NCBI GenBank assembly: GCA_045580735.1
Contig: JAZNOJ010000053.1
Coordinates: 9,362 to 73,361 of the forward strand
Direction: 5' to 3'
DNA: 64,000 bases
Source of the DNA: Candidatus Egerieisoma sp.
GTDB lineage: Bacteria > Bacillota > Clostridia > UBA1212 > UBA1255
The stretch's first letter is position 1, and each line of letters opens with the position of its first letter. Below are positions 33,802 through 42,462 of this stretch, piece after piece. Below the pieces are notes generated by a model. That model was not told the DNA's origin. It saw only the letters and a program-made list of their open reading frames with translations, and made no database searches. Position numbers and translations under genes: made by a program.

Positions 33802-34512
33802 TTATTCTCCCATCTTCTTTAAATCATCTGCAGCTTGTCTTACAGCAGCAATCATCTCATCTATCATAGCAATAGGATCCTCAGCATTCATAATTCCAGA
33901 TGCTGCACCTGCTGCTTCTGAGCCAGCCATAATAAAATCATATACCTGCTTGCCGTTTGTGATACCTGCAGCCTGTTCAACTAATATATTAGAGTCAATC
34001 TCTCTAATAGCTTGCATAACTTCTTTAACGTAGCTCATGTCACTTACGCCACCACCTGAGCCACCGATTAATTCTGTAGGCTCTGGATTAATGATATCCG
34101 GATGGAGCTGTGCAATAGCTTTTGCTTCTGCAACAGTATCAGCGCATGCAAATACTAAGAAATCTATTTCGTTTGCTCTATCAATAGTTGCTTTTATTTG
34201 TGGAAGAGACATAGGCTTTTCACAATGGTTTACAACTACCCCTACGGCTCCTGCAGCCTTTAATGCTTCAGGAAGAACATCTGCCATGCCTCTGCCAGGA
34301 CGAAGTGTATCCATATATGGAGCTAATACAATAAGATTTTTTGTATTTTGAACAACATTTCTAATCTCTACAGCAGGGCAAATAAAAAGTACATCAATAT
34401 CATACTTTTCAGCCGCTGCGTCTGCTGCCTTTGCATACTCTAAAACCTTGTCACCATATATATAATTTTTTGTACCTATTTCAAAATAAGGTGTTCTAAT
34501 TTTTCTTTTCAT
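33802..34512 (-). CDS. Triosephosphate-isomerase-family (TIM-like) protein, divergent
   Basis: 236 aa that aligns across TPI: NHCE matches the TPI catalytic His-x-Glu region, and IINPEPTELIGGSGGGVS matches the YEPVWAIGTGK catalytic Glu loop. The C-terminal phosphate-binding-like GITNGKQ...AGSEAAGAASG is present. Confidence 0.55.
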   Translation of the reverse strand: MKRKIRTPYFEIGTKNYIYGDKVLEYAKAADAAAEKYDIDVLFICPAVEIRNVVQNTKNLIVLAPYMDTLRPGRGMADVLPEALKAAGAVGVVVNHCEKPMSLPQIKATIDRANEIDFLVFACADTVAEAKAIAQLHPDIINPEPTELIGGSGGGVSDMSYVKEVMQAIREIDSNILVEQAAGITNGKQVYDFIMAGSEAAGAASGIMNAEDPIAMIDEMIAAVRQAADDLKKMGE

Positions 34513-34533
34513 GTCTATATTGCCTCGATGAGA

Positions 34534-35154
34534 TTATCTCTTAAGTTGAAGATCATAGTGAGGATCATATGCCTTTTCTTCATCTGTATATTTACGAAGT
34601 GTATTAACAACCTCACCGTTGTTAAACTTACGATCTTCTACATCCTCTGTAGTACCCATAATAGTAACATTTAATTGTCTACGACGAGCTCTAACATGAT
34701 CCCAGTCTACAAAGTAAATATGTGCAAATTCTCCGCCATCAAGCTCACCATCTTTAATTGTCATAACCTCGCTACGGCCAAAGAATACACTTCTTAAATG
34801 TCCGTCTGTATTCATGCTTGTGAAGTCGCCTGGCTCATCAACGTAACGACCAAATTGTGTATGAATTGGTCCTGGATGACGATATTGATGCTCTTCAGCA
34901 AAATCAGGAGCAATTTTTCTCATAATATCAAGAAGGTCATGTTGTAAATATTCGATATCAAATGAATCGATGTCATGTGAACATTCTTGAATCATTACAC
35001 AGCAAGTTGTATGATGTGATGCAAGATTACATGTACCATTTTTTACGCCTGATGCTTTAACAATTTCTATAACTTCCTTTGATACATCGTGAAATGTTGG
35101 TATCCAACCTCTAGATTGTAATTCAATTTCCTTCTGATAAACTTTAAATTCCAT
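34534..35154 (-). CDS. YjbQ/UPF0047 family protein, paralog B (with C-terminal extension)
   Basis: It has the same SHHTTCCV core as paralog A, then HPGP...HLRSVFFGRSEVMTIKDGELDGGEFAHI. The 206 aa include a charged 45-aa tail. Confidence 0.75.
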   Translation of the reverse strand: MEFKVYQKEIELQSRGWIPTFHDVSKEVIEIVKASGVKNGTCNLASHHTTCCVMIQECSHDIDSFDIEYLQHDLLDIMRKIAPDFAEEHQYRHPGPIHTQFGRYVDEPGDFTSMNTDGHLRSVFFGRSEVMTIKDGELDGGEFAHIYFVDWDHVRARRRQLNVTIMGTTEDVEDRKFNNGEVVNTLRKYTDEEKAYDPHYDLQLKR

Positions 35155-35309
35155 AAAAAATTCCTCCGTATAATAATATTTTATCTACTTTGATTCACAG
35201 GTAATGAAATTTTCCTGCATATACCAAAGAATAACACTTTTAAGTGTTTACGTCAATACAATTAAATTAATGTCAGTACACAATATACTGACATCAATTA
35301 TATAAACTA

Positions 35310-35615
35310 TCATTTATTTTGTGGTTTATATTTACCACTTGAGTATGGATTCTTATTTGGTCTTGCTTCACTTGTTTCGTTTGAGCAGGATGCTGCCCAT
35401 CCTATAAAATACATCCAACCAATCATTATAATTAACCATAAAGCAAGTGCTGCAACAAACCACCAAATAGAAATATCAAATATAAAATGACACGCTAATA
35501 AAATCCATGCAGGAATAGACCATTCAATATTCAACACAATATTAATTAATAAGCAGGCAAAAAAGCCTAAATGAGTCTTTGATGTTTTTCTCATGTTATC
35601 TCTATCACCTTTCAA
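35310..35615 (-). CDS. Small membrane protein (2-3 TM), hypothetical
   Basis: 101 aa with hydrophobic helices and a basic C-terminal tail. Confidence 0.35.
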   Translation of the reverse strand: MKGDRDNMRKTSKTHLGFFACLLINIVLNIEWSIPAWILLACHFIFDISIWWFVAALALWLIIMIGWMYFIGWAASCSNETSEARPNKNPYSSGKYKPQNK

Positions 35616-35643
35616 GCAATTATATTTTAAAATCAGCCGATTT

Positions 35644-35675
35644 ATTTTATTATATAAATCGGCTGAAAAGGGTTA
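35644..35675 (-). terminator. Hairpin terminator downstream of the SPFH gene
   Basis: CAGCCGATTTA (ttttattata) TAAATCGGCTG, an 11-bp perfect stem. A U-rich tract follows on the minus strand. Confidence 0.5.
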
Positions 35676-35683
35676 ATTAATTA

Positions 35684-37159
35684 TCAAACAATATCTCCTG
35701 AATCAAATGGGTCTCCACATTCCGGGCAGAATTTAGGAGCTTTTGTAGGATCAGCAGGCTCCCAGCCACATTTATCGCATTTATATTGTGGAACACCTTC
35801 CGGCTTTTTTGCTCCACATTGCTGGCAGAACTTTCCTTTATTTACAGATCCACATGTGCAGGTCCATCCATCAGCCTGTGCTGGCTTTGGAGCTCCACAC
35901 TCAGGACAGAATTTACCACTTGTGACTGCACCACATGCGCATTTCCAACCTCCTTCGACAATCTGAGGTTCAGGCTTTGCCTTACCACAATTAGGACAGA
36001 ACTTTCCGTTTACATTTGCACCACACGCGCATGTCCAAGTATTTGTTGCTGGTACAGAATTTTGAGCTTGTTGTTGCATTTGTTGCTGCTGTTGCATTTT
36101 CATTTGCTCTTCCTGAACTGCTTGATTATAGAAACTTTGAGCAGCATTAAAGCCACCACCCATTCCACCAGCATTCATTGCCATTCCCATGCCCATAAAG
36201 CCCGTCATTGCACCTGCGGTATTTCCGGCTGCAATTTCCATAGCATTAGCTGAGGCTGTTGTCATTCTTCCTGCCATTGCTCTTGCATTTGAACCATATG
36301 AAGCAGAACTCTCAAATTCATTAATTATCTTCATATCCTCAGGTGTTAAGCTTATAGGATTAAGTGTGATTTTTTCTATTGAAATACCACGTGTTTCTAT
36401 CCAATCTGTCTTAAGAGTTTCATTCATTGCATCCTTGAGCTCTTTTGTCTTACCTGAAAGCTGTGCTGGCTTTAATTCCATATCAGATAAAACACCAAAA
36501 GCAGGAATTAAAGCATCTATAAATTCGCCCTTTAGTTGTTCATCAATTTCCTCTCTTCTATATTCGTCTGCAACATTACCACATACTCTTGTATAAAATA
36601 GGAGAGGATCTTTTAGAATATATGAATACATACCGTTACATCTTACATTAACAGTTCTCGAAAGTCCAAGCTCTTTATTTTTGATTTCAAACATAATTGG
36701 AGTTGGTGTGCCGAATTTATTTCCCATAATTTCTTTTGTATTAAAGTAATAAACTCTTTGATCCTTGCCTGTATCTCCACCATAAGCAAAACGCTTACCG
36801 AATGTTTTAAAGGATTGAATAATACTTTCACCTAAGCTTCCTGAAAATATTGAAGGCTCTGTAGATGAATCGTATGTAAACTCACCCGGCTCTGCACAAA
36901 CCTCAACAATCTTACCCTGCTCAACAATAATCATACACTGTCCATCAGCAACAGCTATTCCTGAGCCGTTAGAGATAATATTATCATTTGCTTTTGTATT
37001 TGAAGAACGTCCACTTACACGTTTTTGACCTTTTTTCATTAATACATCCATTTCTATTGCGTCGCAATAGAAAAATTCTTTCCATTGATCTGCCAACATT
37101 CCTCCGGCAGAACCTAATGCAGCTTTAATTAAACCCATATTAAAAACCCCTTTTAACAA
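35684..37159 (-). CDS. SPFH/band-7 (stomatin/prohibitin-like) domain protein with four C-terminal zinc-ribbon repeats
   Basis: The C-terminus has four W.C.CG...GKFCP.CG..KP zinc ribbons after a poly-Gln linker (MQQQQQMQQQAQ). This architecture, an SPFH domain followed by C-terminal zinc ribbons, matches COG4260. Confidence 0.6.
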   Translation of the reverse strand: MLKGVFNMGLIKAALGSAGGMLADQWKEFFYCDAIEMDVLMKKGQKRVSGRSSNTKANDNIISNGSGIAVADGQCMIIVEQGKIVEVCAEPGEFTYDSSTEPSIFSGSLGESIIQSFKTFGKRFAYGGDTGKDQRVYYFNTKEIMGNKFGTPTPIMFEIKNKELGLSRTVNVRCNGMYSYILKDPLLFYTRVCGNVADEYRREEIDEQLKGEFIDALIPAFGVLSDMELKPAQLSGKTKELKDAMNETLKTDWIETRGISIEKITLNPISLTPEDMKIINEFESSASYGSNARAMAGRMTTASANAMEIAAGNTAGAMTGFMGMGMAMNAGGMGGGFNAAQSFYNQAVQEEQMKMQQQQQMQQQAQNSVPATNTWTCACGANVNGKFCPNCGKAKPEPQIVEGGWKCACGAVTSGKFCPECGAPKPAQADGWTCTCGSVNKGKFCQQCGAKKPEGVPQYKCDKCGWEPADPTKAPKFCPECGDPFDSGDIV

Positions 37160-37283
37160 TAATTTAATATTTTTATTTTATAAATAAATGTACTATTTTG
37201 TCAAGACAATTTTTGATTAATATCTATAAGCTTTAATGTTACAAAAACAACAATAAATACATATTAAAGCATTAATATGTTTG

Positions 37284-37315
37284 TTAACAAAACGGGCCTT
37301 GAAGTTATATATGAC
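37284..37315 (-). terminator. Rho-independent terminator of the Ca2+-ATPase gene
   Basis: Perfect 12-bp stem GGGCCTTGAAGT (tatatatg) ACTTCAAGGCCC, located immediately 3' of the stop. Confidence 0.7.
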
Positions 37316-37348
37316 TTCAAGGCCCCTGAGGAGATATTAGAAAATAAA

Positions 37349-39982
37349 TTACTTTTTAATTGATCTTTGAATAAGCTTAACAATTTCAACTATTGGAATA
37401 ATAGAAACAGCAAGCCCCATTGCAATAGCATAATGCATAAGGTCTAGTTGAGCAAATTCAAAAACTTCGGCAAGGAAAGGAACTTCAATAACAGCAGTTG
37501 TTAAAATTAAGCTTAATATTGCAGCTCCCCATAAAATCTTATTGTGAGATTTAAGCTTGAAAATACTACCTCTTTGGCTTCTCATATTAAAGCTATGGAA
37601 GATTTCTGCCATGCTCATTGTTAAGAAAGCCATTGTAATTCCACCATCATATTTAGGATGTTCTATTGGGAAAACATACTTACCAATTAAATAAGCTGTA
37701 ATTGTTAAAGCAGAAACTAACATTCCTTGATATAATACATCTATACCCAAGCCACCTGCAAAAATACCATCTTTAGGATTACGTGGTTTTCTTTCCATCA
37801 AATCAGGTTCGCCCTTTTCAACGCCTAATGCAAGAGCCGGCAAACAGTCTGTAATCAAGTTAATCCACAATAAATGCACAGGCTTTAATATTGTAAAACT
37901 GAATATACTTGAAATAAATACACTCAATACCTCACTCATATTAGAGCCCAACAGGAACTGAATTGCTTTTCTGATATTATCATAAATACGACGACCTTCG
38001 CCTACAGCACCAACTATAGTAGCAAAGTTATCATCTGCAAGAACCATGTCTGCAACGTTCTTTGTAACGTCAGTACCTGTAATACCCATTCCTATACCAA
38101 TGTCAGCACTCTTGATACTCGGAGCATCATTTACACCGTCACCTGTCATGGCGGTAATATAACCATTTTTACGCCAAGCATTTACAATACGAGTTTTATG
38201 TTCAGGCTGAACTCTTGCGTATACACCAAATTCAGTTATTCTCTTATCTAGCTCTTCATCACTAATTTCATTAAGCTCTGCGCCTGTAATTGCCTGCGTT
38301 GAATCTTCAATGATACCAAGCTCCTTTGCTATTGCAATAGCTGTATCCTTATGGTCACCTGTAATCATTACAGCTCTAATTCCTGCACTCTTACATTCTA
38401 CAATAGCATCCTTAACCTCAGGACGAATTGGGTCAATCATTCCTGTAAGACCTATAAATGTCAAATCACATTCAGCGCTTTCGGTTGTAGGTTCAGCAGG
38501 ACAAGCATCATATTCACGCATAGAAGCACAAAGAACACGAAGTGCCTTATCAGCCATTAATTTATTGGCAGCTAGAATCTTATTTCTAAAAACGTCAGTC
38601 ATCGGAAGTATTTGTCCGTTTTCGATATAATTAGTACAACGCTTTAAAATTTCATCCGGAGCACCCTTTGTATATTGAATAATTTTTCCATTATTTTCAT
38701 GGAAGGTTGACATCATTTTACGCATTGAATCAAAAGGTATTTCCTGAACTCTGGGATATTCCTTTTTCATGTCATCCTTATTCATTGATAAAGAATATGC
38801 ATAATTAACTAGCGCACACTCAGTAGGCTCACCAGTAGCTTCCTTCTTTTCTGGATCTATTTCGGCATCACTGCAAAGAGCCATTGCTCTAGCTAAAAGC
38901 TGTTCATCATCACCAAAATGATCAACAACTGTCATTTTATTTTGTGTAAGTGTACCTGTTTTATCGCTACAAATAATTTGTGCACAGCCGAGTGTTTCAA
39001 CTGCAGTTAATTTTCTTATGATTGCATTTCTTTTAGACATCTTTGTAACGCCTATTGAAAGTACAATCGTAACAACCGTAGCTAAGCCCTCAGGAATAGC
39101 AGCAACTGCCAAGCTTACAGCTACCATAAATGAATCTAAAATTGGTTTAAATTCAAACTTACCTGCTTTAATAATATTAAATCCGAAAATAAATACGCAT
39201 ATTCCCAATACTAACCAGGTTAAAATTTTACTAAGCTGTGAAAGCTTAATTTGGAGAGGTGTTTTTCCCTCTTCTGCTAAAGTCAGGGCATCAGCAATCT
39301 TACCCATTTCAGTATTCATACCAGTATCAGTAACAACAGCCTTACCACGACCATATACAACCGTACTACCCATGTACATCATATTTTTACGATCACCTAA
39401 TGGTATTTCCTTGCCAGTTGAATCTTCAGAAATAGTTTCAGCAAACTTGTTAACCGGTACACTCTCACCAGTAAGAGCAGCTTCTTCAATCTTTAGGCTG
39501 GCCGATTCTATAATTCTTCCGTCAGCAGGAACAGCATCACCTGCTTCAAGTAAAACGATATCACCAGGTACTAAATCTTCACTTTTAACTATTGTCAAGT
39601 GACCATTTCTCATGACCTTACTTGTTGCAGCAGACATTTCCTGAAGAGCCTCAATGGCAGCTTCGGCCTTACTTTCTTGAACAACGCCTAAAATTGCATT
39701 AATCAAAACAACAATCATAATAATTACTACGTCTGCATAACCTTCTCCATTTTCAATTGTAGCTGTAATTGCAGAAATAGCAGCAGCAACAATTAATATA
39801 ATAATCATTGGATCCGCAAGCTGTTGTAAAAATCTTTTAATTAAAGAAGTCTTTTTAGCTTCCTTAAGCTTATTTTTACCATATTTTTCTTCTCGCTTCG
39901 CAGCTTCTTCGTTAGAAAGTCCATCAGCAGATGTTTCAAGAGACTTCAAAATTTCTTCTGAATCCTTTAAATAGTGTTTCAT
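37349..39982 (-). CDS. Calcium-translocating P-type ATPase (PMCA/SERCA type, P2)
   Basis: DKTGTLT phosphorylation motif, MITGDH, GDGVNDAPSIK, 10 TM helices. The ORF track starts at 40051, but the likely true start is MKHYLKD at 39982-39980, which has the RBS GGAAAGGA upstream. The upstream 23 codons lie inside a structured leader. Confidence 0.9.
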   Translation of the reverse strand: MKHYLKDSEEILKSLETSADGLSNEEAAKREEKYGKNKLKEAKKTSLIKRFLQQLADPMIIILIVAAAISAITATIENGEGYADVVIIMIVVLINAILGVVQESKAEAAIEALQEMSAATSKVMRNGHLTIVKSEDLVPGDIVLLEAGDAVPADGRIIESASLKIEEAALTGESVPVNKFAETISEDSTGKEIPLGDRKNMMYMGSTVVYGRGKAVVTDTGMNTEMGKIADALTLAEEGKTPLQIKLSQLSKILTWLVLGICVFIFGFNIIKAGKFEFKPILDSFMVAVSLAVAAIPEGLATVVTIVLSIGVTKMSKRNAIIRKLTAVETLGCAQIICSDKTGTLTQNKMTVVDHFGDDEQLLARAMALCSDAEIDPEKKEATGEPTECALVNYAYSLSMNKDDMKKEYPRVQEIPFDSMRKMMSTFHENNGKIIQYTKGAPDEILKRCTNYIENGQILPMTDVFRNKILAANKLMADKALRVLCASMREYDACPAEPTTESAECDLTFIGLTGMIDPIRPEVKDAIVECKSAGIRAVMITGDHKDTAIAIAKELGIIEDSTQAITGAELNEISDEELDKRITEFGVYARVQPEHKTRIVNAWRKNGYITAMTGDGVNDAPSIKSADIGIGMGITGTDVTKNVADMVLADDNFATIVGAVGEGRRIYDNIRKAIQFLLGSNMSEVLSVFISSIFSFTILKPVHLLWINLITDCLPALALGVEKGEPDLMERKPRNPKDGIFAGGLGIDVLYQGMLVSALTITAYLIGKYVFPIEHPKYDGGITMAFLTMSMAEIFHSFNMRSQRGSIFKLKSHNKILWGAAILSLILTTAVIEVPFLAEVFEFAQLDLMHYAIAMGLAVSIIPIVEIVKLIQRSIKK

Positions 39983-40013
39983 TTTCGAGAATCCTTTCCG
40001 TTTATTATTTCTC

Positions 40014-40170
40014 ATAAAAAAACTCACGGACATATGTTGTAGTGCATACATCCATGAGTCTGGTTATTTAATCCAAGCCAAGCCAAACAGGCTGAGTGTT
40101 GAACTTGAACCGTATAATGAAAATATACCATCATACGCTAACTACTCCCTCATGTGTGAGTTCGTTTATT
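40014..40170 (-). ncRNA. Structured 5' leader of the P-type ATPase; candidate yybP-ykoY (Mn2+/Ca2+) type riboswitch with a terminator-like expression platform
   Basis: Minus sense: 5' strand AACUCAC (plus 40156-40162) pairs with GUGAGUU (plus 40021-40027), enclosing about 130 nt that contain GGGAGUAG (plus 40142-40149). Downstream lie the hairpin GGAUGUAUG-n8-CAUAUGUCC, then GUGAG and U7 (plus 40016-40022). The sigma-A promoter sits just upstream. Confidence 0.35.
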
Positions 40171-40175
40171 TTTCT

Positions 40176-40203
40176 AGTATACTCTATCAAAATTATTTGT
40201 CAA
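40176..40203 (-). promoter_or_regulatory. Sigma-A promoter for the ATPase leader
   Basis: Minus sense, TTGACA (plus 40198-40203) - 16 nt - TATACT (plus 40176-40181). The predicted TSS is near 40169, at the start of the P1 5' strand. Confidence 0.5.
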
Positions 40204-40244
40204 ACTTTTTTTATAAAAAGAAGTTTAAAAGGCCGTCATTAGGC

Positions 40245-40273
40245 TTGATTATACTTTTTCGCTATAGTAAAAT
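40245..40273 (+). promoter_or_regulatory. Sigma-A promoter for the 40319 operon
   Basis: TTGATT (40245-40250) - 17 nt - TAAAAT (40268-40273). The RBS GAAGGGA precedes the ATG at 40319. Confidence 0.5.
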
Positions 40274-40318
40274 AGCTTAAATAAATTATAAACTTTATTT
40301 GAAGGGATAAATTATAAA

Positions 40319-41326
40319 ATGAAAACAGCACTAATTGGTCTTGGACGTATTGGGTGGCATTTTCACCTACAAGAAATACTTAATCATAAAGAATATTCTT
40401 TATGCGCTGTAGTTGATACAAGCCTCGAGCGTCTAAAAGAAGCTAAAGAAAAATATGGAATCAATGGATATCAAGATTATCAAGAAATGCTTGAAAAGGA
40501 AAAACCACAGCTTACAGTAATTGCGTCACCCACAATATTCCACGAGGAGCATGCAATCAAAGCTATGGAGCAGGGCTCTGATGTAATCTTAGATAAGCCA
40601 ATGGCGCAAAATGAAGAATCAGCAAAAAGAATTTATGACGCACATATAAAATTAAATAAAAAGCTCATTATTTATCAGCCACACAGATTCACAGCAGAGG
40701 CTGTCGTTGCTAAAGAAATAATAGAAAGCGGAAAGCTTGGACCATTATTTGACATAAAAAAAGCATGCGTTGGATATTCCAGAAGAAACGATTGGCAAGC
40801 ATTTAAGGATTTAGGTGGTGGCATGATGATGAATTATGGCGCACACTATATTGACCAGCTTATATATTTGTCAAACGAAAAGGTTATAGAAACATATAGC
40901 ATAACAAATAAAGTAGCCTCATTAGGTGATGCAGAGGACGTTGTAAAGCTAGTAATGAAAACAGACAAAGGTACAATATTGGATATCGATATAAGCCAAG
41001 CCTCTGCAATAATACTCCCCTCTCTAGTTATTTATGGAGAATATGGTGCCGCATTATTGAAAGAAGATATACATGGTCTTTGTTTTAATTTAAAATATTT
41101 TGACCCTAATAAATTACCACAAAAGACTGTATCAAGAAAAATGGAGGCTGAAGGTAGAGCATATCCATCAGAATCAATCAATTGGATTGAAGAGACAATC
41201 CCTGTATCAAATGATAAAGCAAAAAGCTTCTATAAAGAATGTTACGGTTACTTTTCAGGTACAGACGCTTCTCCTATCCCAGTTAACGAAACGATGGAAG
41301 TGATGAGAATACTTGCGCTTCAGTAA
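40319..41326 (+). CDS. Gfo/Idh/MocA-family NAD(P)-dependent oxidoreductase
   Basis: The N-terminus MKTALIGLGRIGWHFHLQEI is a Rossmann GxGxxG motif. Length is 335 aa. Confidence 0.85.
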   Translation: MKTALIGLGRIGWHFHLQEILNHKEYSLCAVVDTSLERLKEAKEKYGINGYQDYQEMLEKEKPQLTVIASPTIFHEEHAIKAMEQGSDVILDKPMAQNEESAKRIYDAHIKLNKKLIIYQPHRFTAEAVVAKEIIESGKLGPLFDIKKACVGYSRRNDWQAFKDLGGGMMMNYGAHYIDQLIYLSNEKVIETYSITNKVASLGDAEDVVKLVMKTDKGTILDIDISQASAIILPSLVIYGEYGAALLKEDIHGLCFNLKYFDPNKLPQKTVSRKMEAEGRAYPSESINWIEETIPVSNDKAKSFYKECYGYFSGTDASPIPVNETMEVMRILALQ

Positions 41327-41340
41327 AGGAAGTTGATTTT

Positions 41341-42429
41341 ATGAAAAAAGCAATAGACCATTACAAATATTTACATCAGCATCCTGAGCTTTCAGAAAAT
41401 GAATTTAATACAGCAAAATACGTATATGATGCTCTTATCGAATACGGCTATAAGAGCGTAATGTTGACTGAAAATGGTGTTTATGCAGATTTGATAGTTA
41501 ATACAAATAATCCTTACGTCATTTTCCGAGCAGATATGGATGCTCTTCCACTCAAGGAAGAAAGCCCTGTTTCATATAAATCTAAAATTGATGGAGTTAT
41601 GCATGCTTGTGGACACGATAGTCACACTGCCATGTTATTAGAGGCTGCTTATCATCTTCATAATTCAAAGCTTCCATTTAACATAAGATTTATATTTCAA
41701 CCTGCAGAAGAAGGAACTAAAGGTGCTAGAGCGTTGATTTCAAAGGGTGTACTTCCCCAAAATTTAAAAGCTGCCTTTTCTATTCACGTATGGCCAGATA
41801 TACCCAAAGCAAAAATTGCAACAAAAACCGGACCGATTATGGCCTCAGGCGATTTATTACGTATTAATTGCTATGGAAAAAGTGCACATTGCTCTAAAAG
41901 AGAAAAAGGCTCTGATGCATTAATGACAGCAATTGAAATTGCCTCTAAATTCGATGAGATTGAAAAATCCGTCAATGATGAGTTAATATTATTTTGCGGA
42001 AGCCTTCACGGAGGTTCAAGTCACAACATAGTTGTAAATGAAGCATATATAAGAGGAGCACTAAGAACCTTTTCAGAAGAAACAAGAAGTAATATATTAA
42101 ATAAAATAAAACATGAAATAAAGAAAATCGGTGAAAAATTTAATGTACAAACAGAGTTAATATTAGAAAGCCAATCTCCTGTTGTAATAAATGATGAAAC
42201 AATTGTAAAACAAATATTTGATATTTTTCCCGATGCTTACTGCCTGGATGCTCCAACGTATGCAGCAGAAGACTTTTCATATTATTTACAGCATTGCAAA
42301 GGAGCAGAGCTTTGGTTAGGTCTCGGTGAATCTGTACCGCTTCACGATAATCGCTTTTATGTCCCTGAAGAAATTCTCCCCTACGGTGTAAATGCATGGA
42401 TAAAAATCGCCAATAATATCAAAATATAA
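41341..42429 (+). CDS. M20D-family amidohydrolase (N-acyl-amino-acid amidohydrolase / hippuricase-like)
   Basis: MHACGHDSHTAMLL metal-binding motif, 362 aa. Confidence 0.85.
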   Translation: MKKAIDHYKYLHQHPELSENEFNTAKYVYDALIEYGYKSVMLTENGVYADLIVNTNNPYVIFRADMDALPLKEESPVSYKSKIDGVMHACGHDSHTAMLLEAAYHLHNSKLPFNIRFIFQPAEEGTKGARALISKGVLPQNLKAAFSIHVWPDIPKAKIATKTGPIMASGDLLRINCYGKSAHCSKREKGSDALMTAIEIASKFDEIEKSVNDELILFCGSLHGGSSHNIVVNEAYIRGALRTFSEETRSNILNKIKHEIKKIGEKFNVQTELILESQSPVVINDETIVKQIFDIFPDAYCLDAPTYAAEDFSYYLQHCKGAELWLGLGESVPLHDNRFYVPEEILPYGVNAWIKIANNIKI

Positions 42430-42462
42430 TGTCAAATTAAAAAATATAAAGGAGTTAATATC

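Noticed and set aside
35281-35303. Inverted repeat TGTCAGTA-n7-TACTGACA downstream of the small membrane gene
   Set aside because: The stem is AT-rich and short with no clear U-tract. It could be a weak terminator or an operator, but support is insufficient to call it.
36059-36130. CAG/CAA-rich DNA repeat (poly-Gln coding) as a possible microsatellite or contingency locus
   Set aside because: It is an interrupted CAA/CAG mixture coding QQQQQMQQQAQ, in frame within the SPFH protein. It is too short and imperfect to call a phase-variable tract. It is noted inside the SPFH finding.
40014-40170. M-box (Mg2+) riboswitch as an alternative identity for the ATPase leader
   Set aside because: The leader is ~150 nt with a single enclosing helix and a GGGAGUAG core. 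No recognizable M-box conserved stretches were seen. The yybP-ykoY type is favoured, but neither can be confirmed without a covariance-model search.
40052-40318. Replication origin at the minus-to-plus strand switch
   Set aside because: No dnaA/dnaN genes and no obvious DnaA-box clusters. The region is fully explained by two divergent promoters and a riboswitch-like leader.
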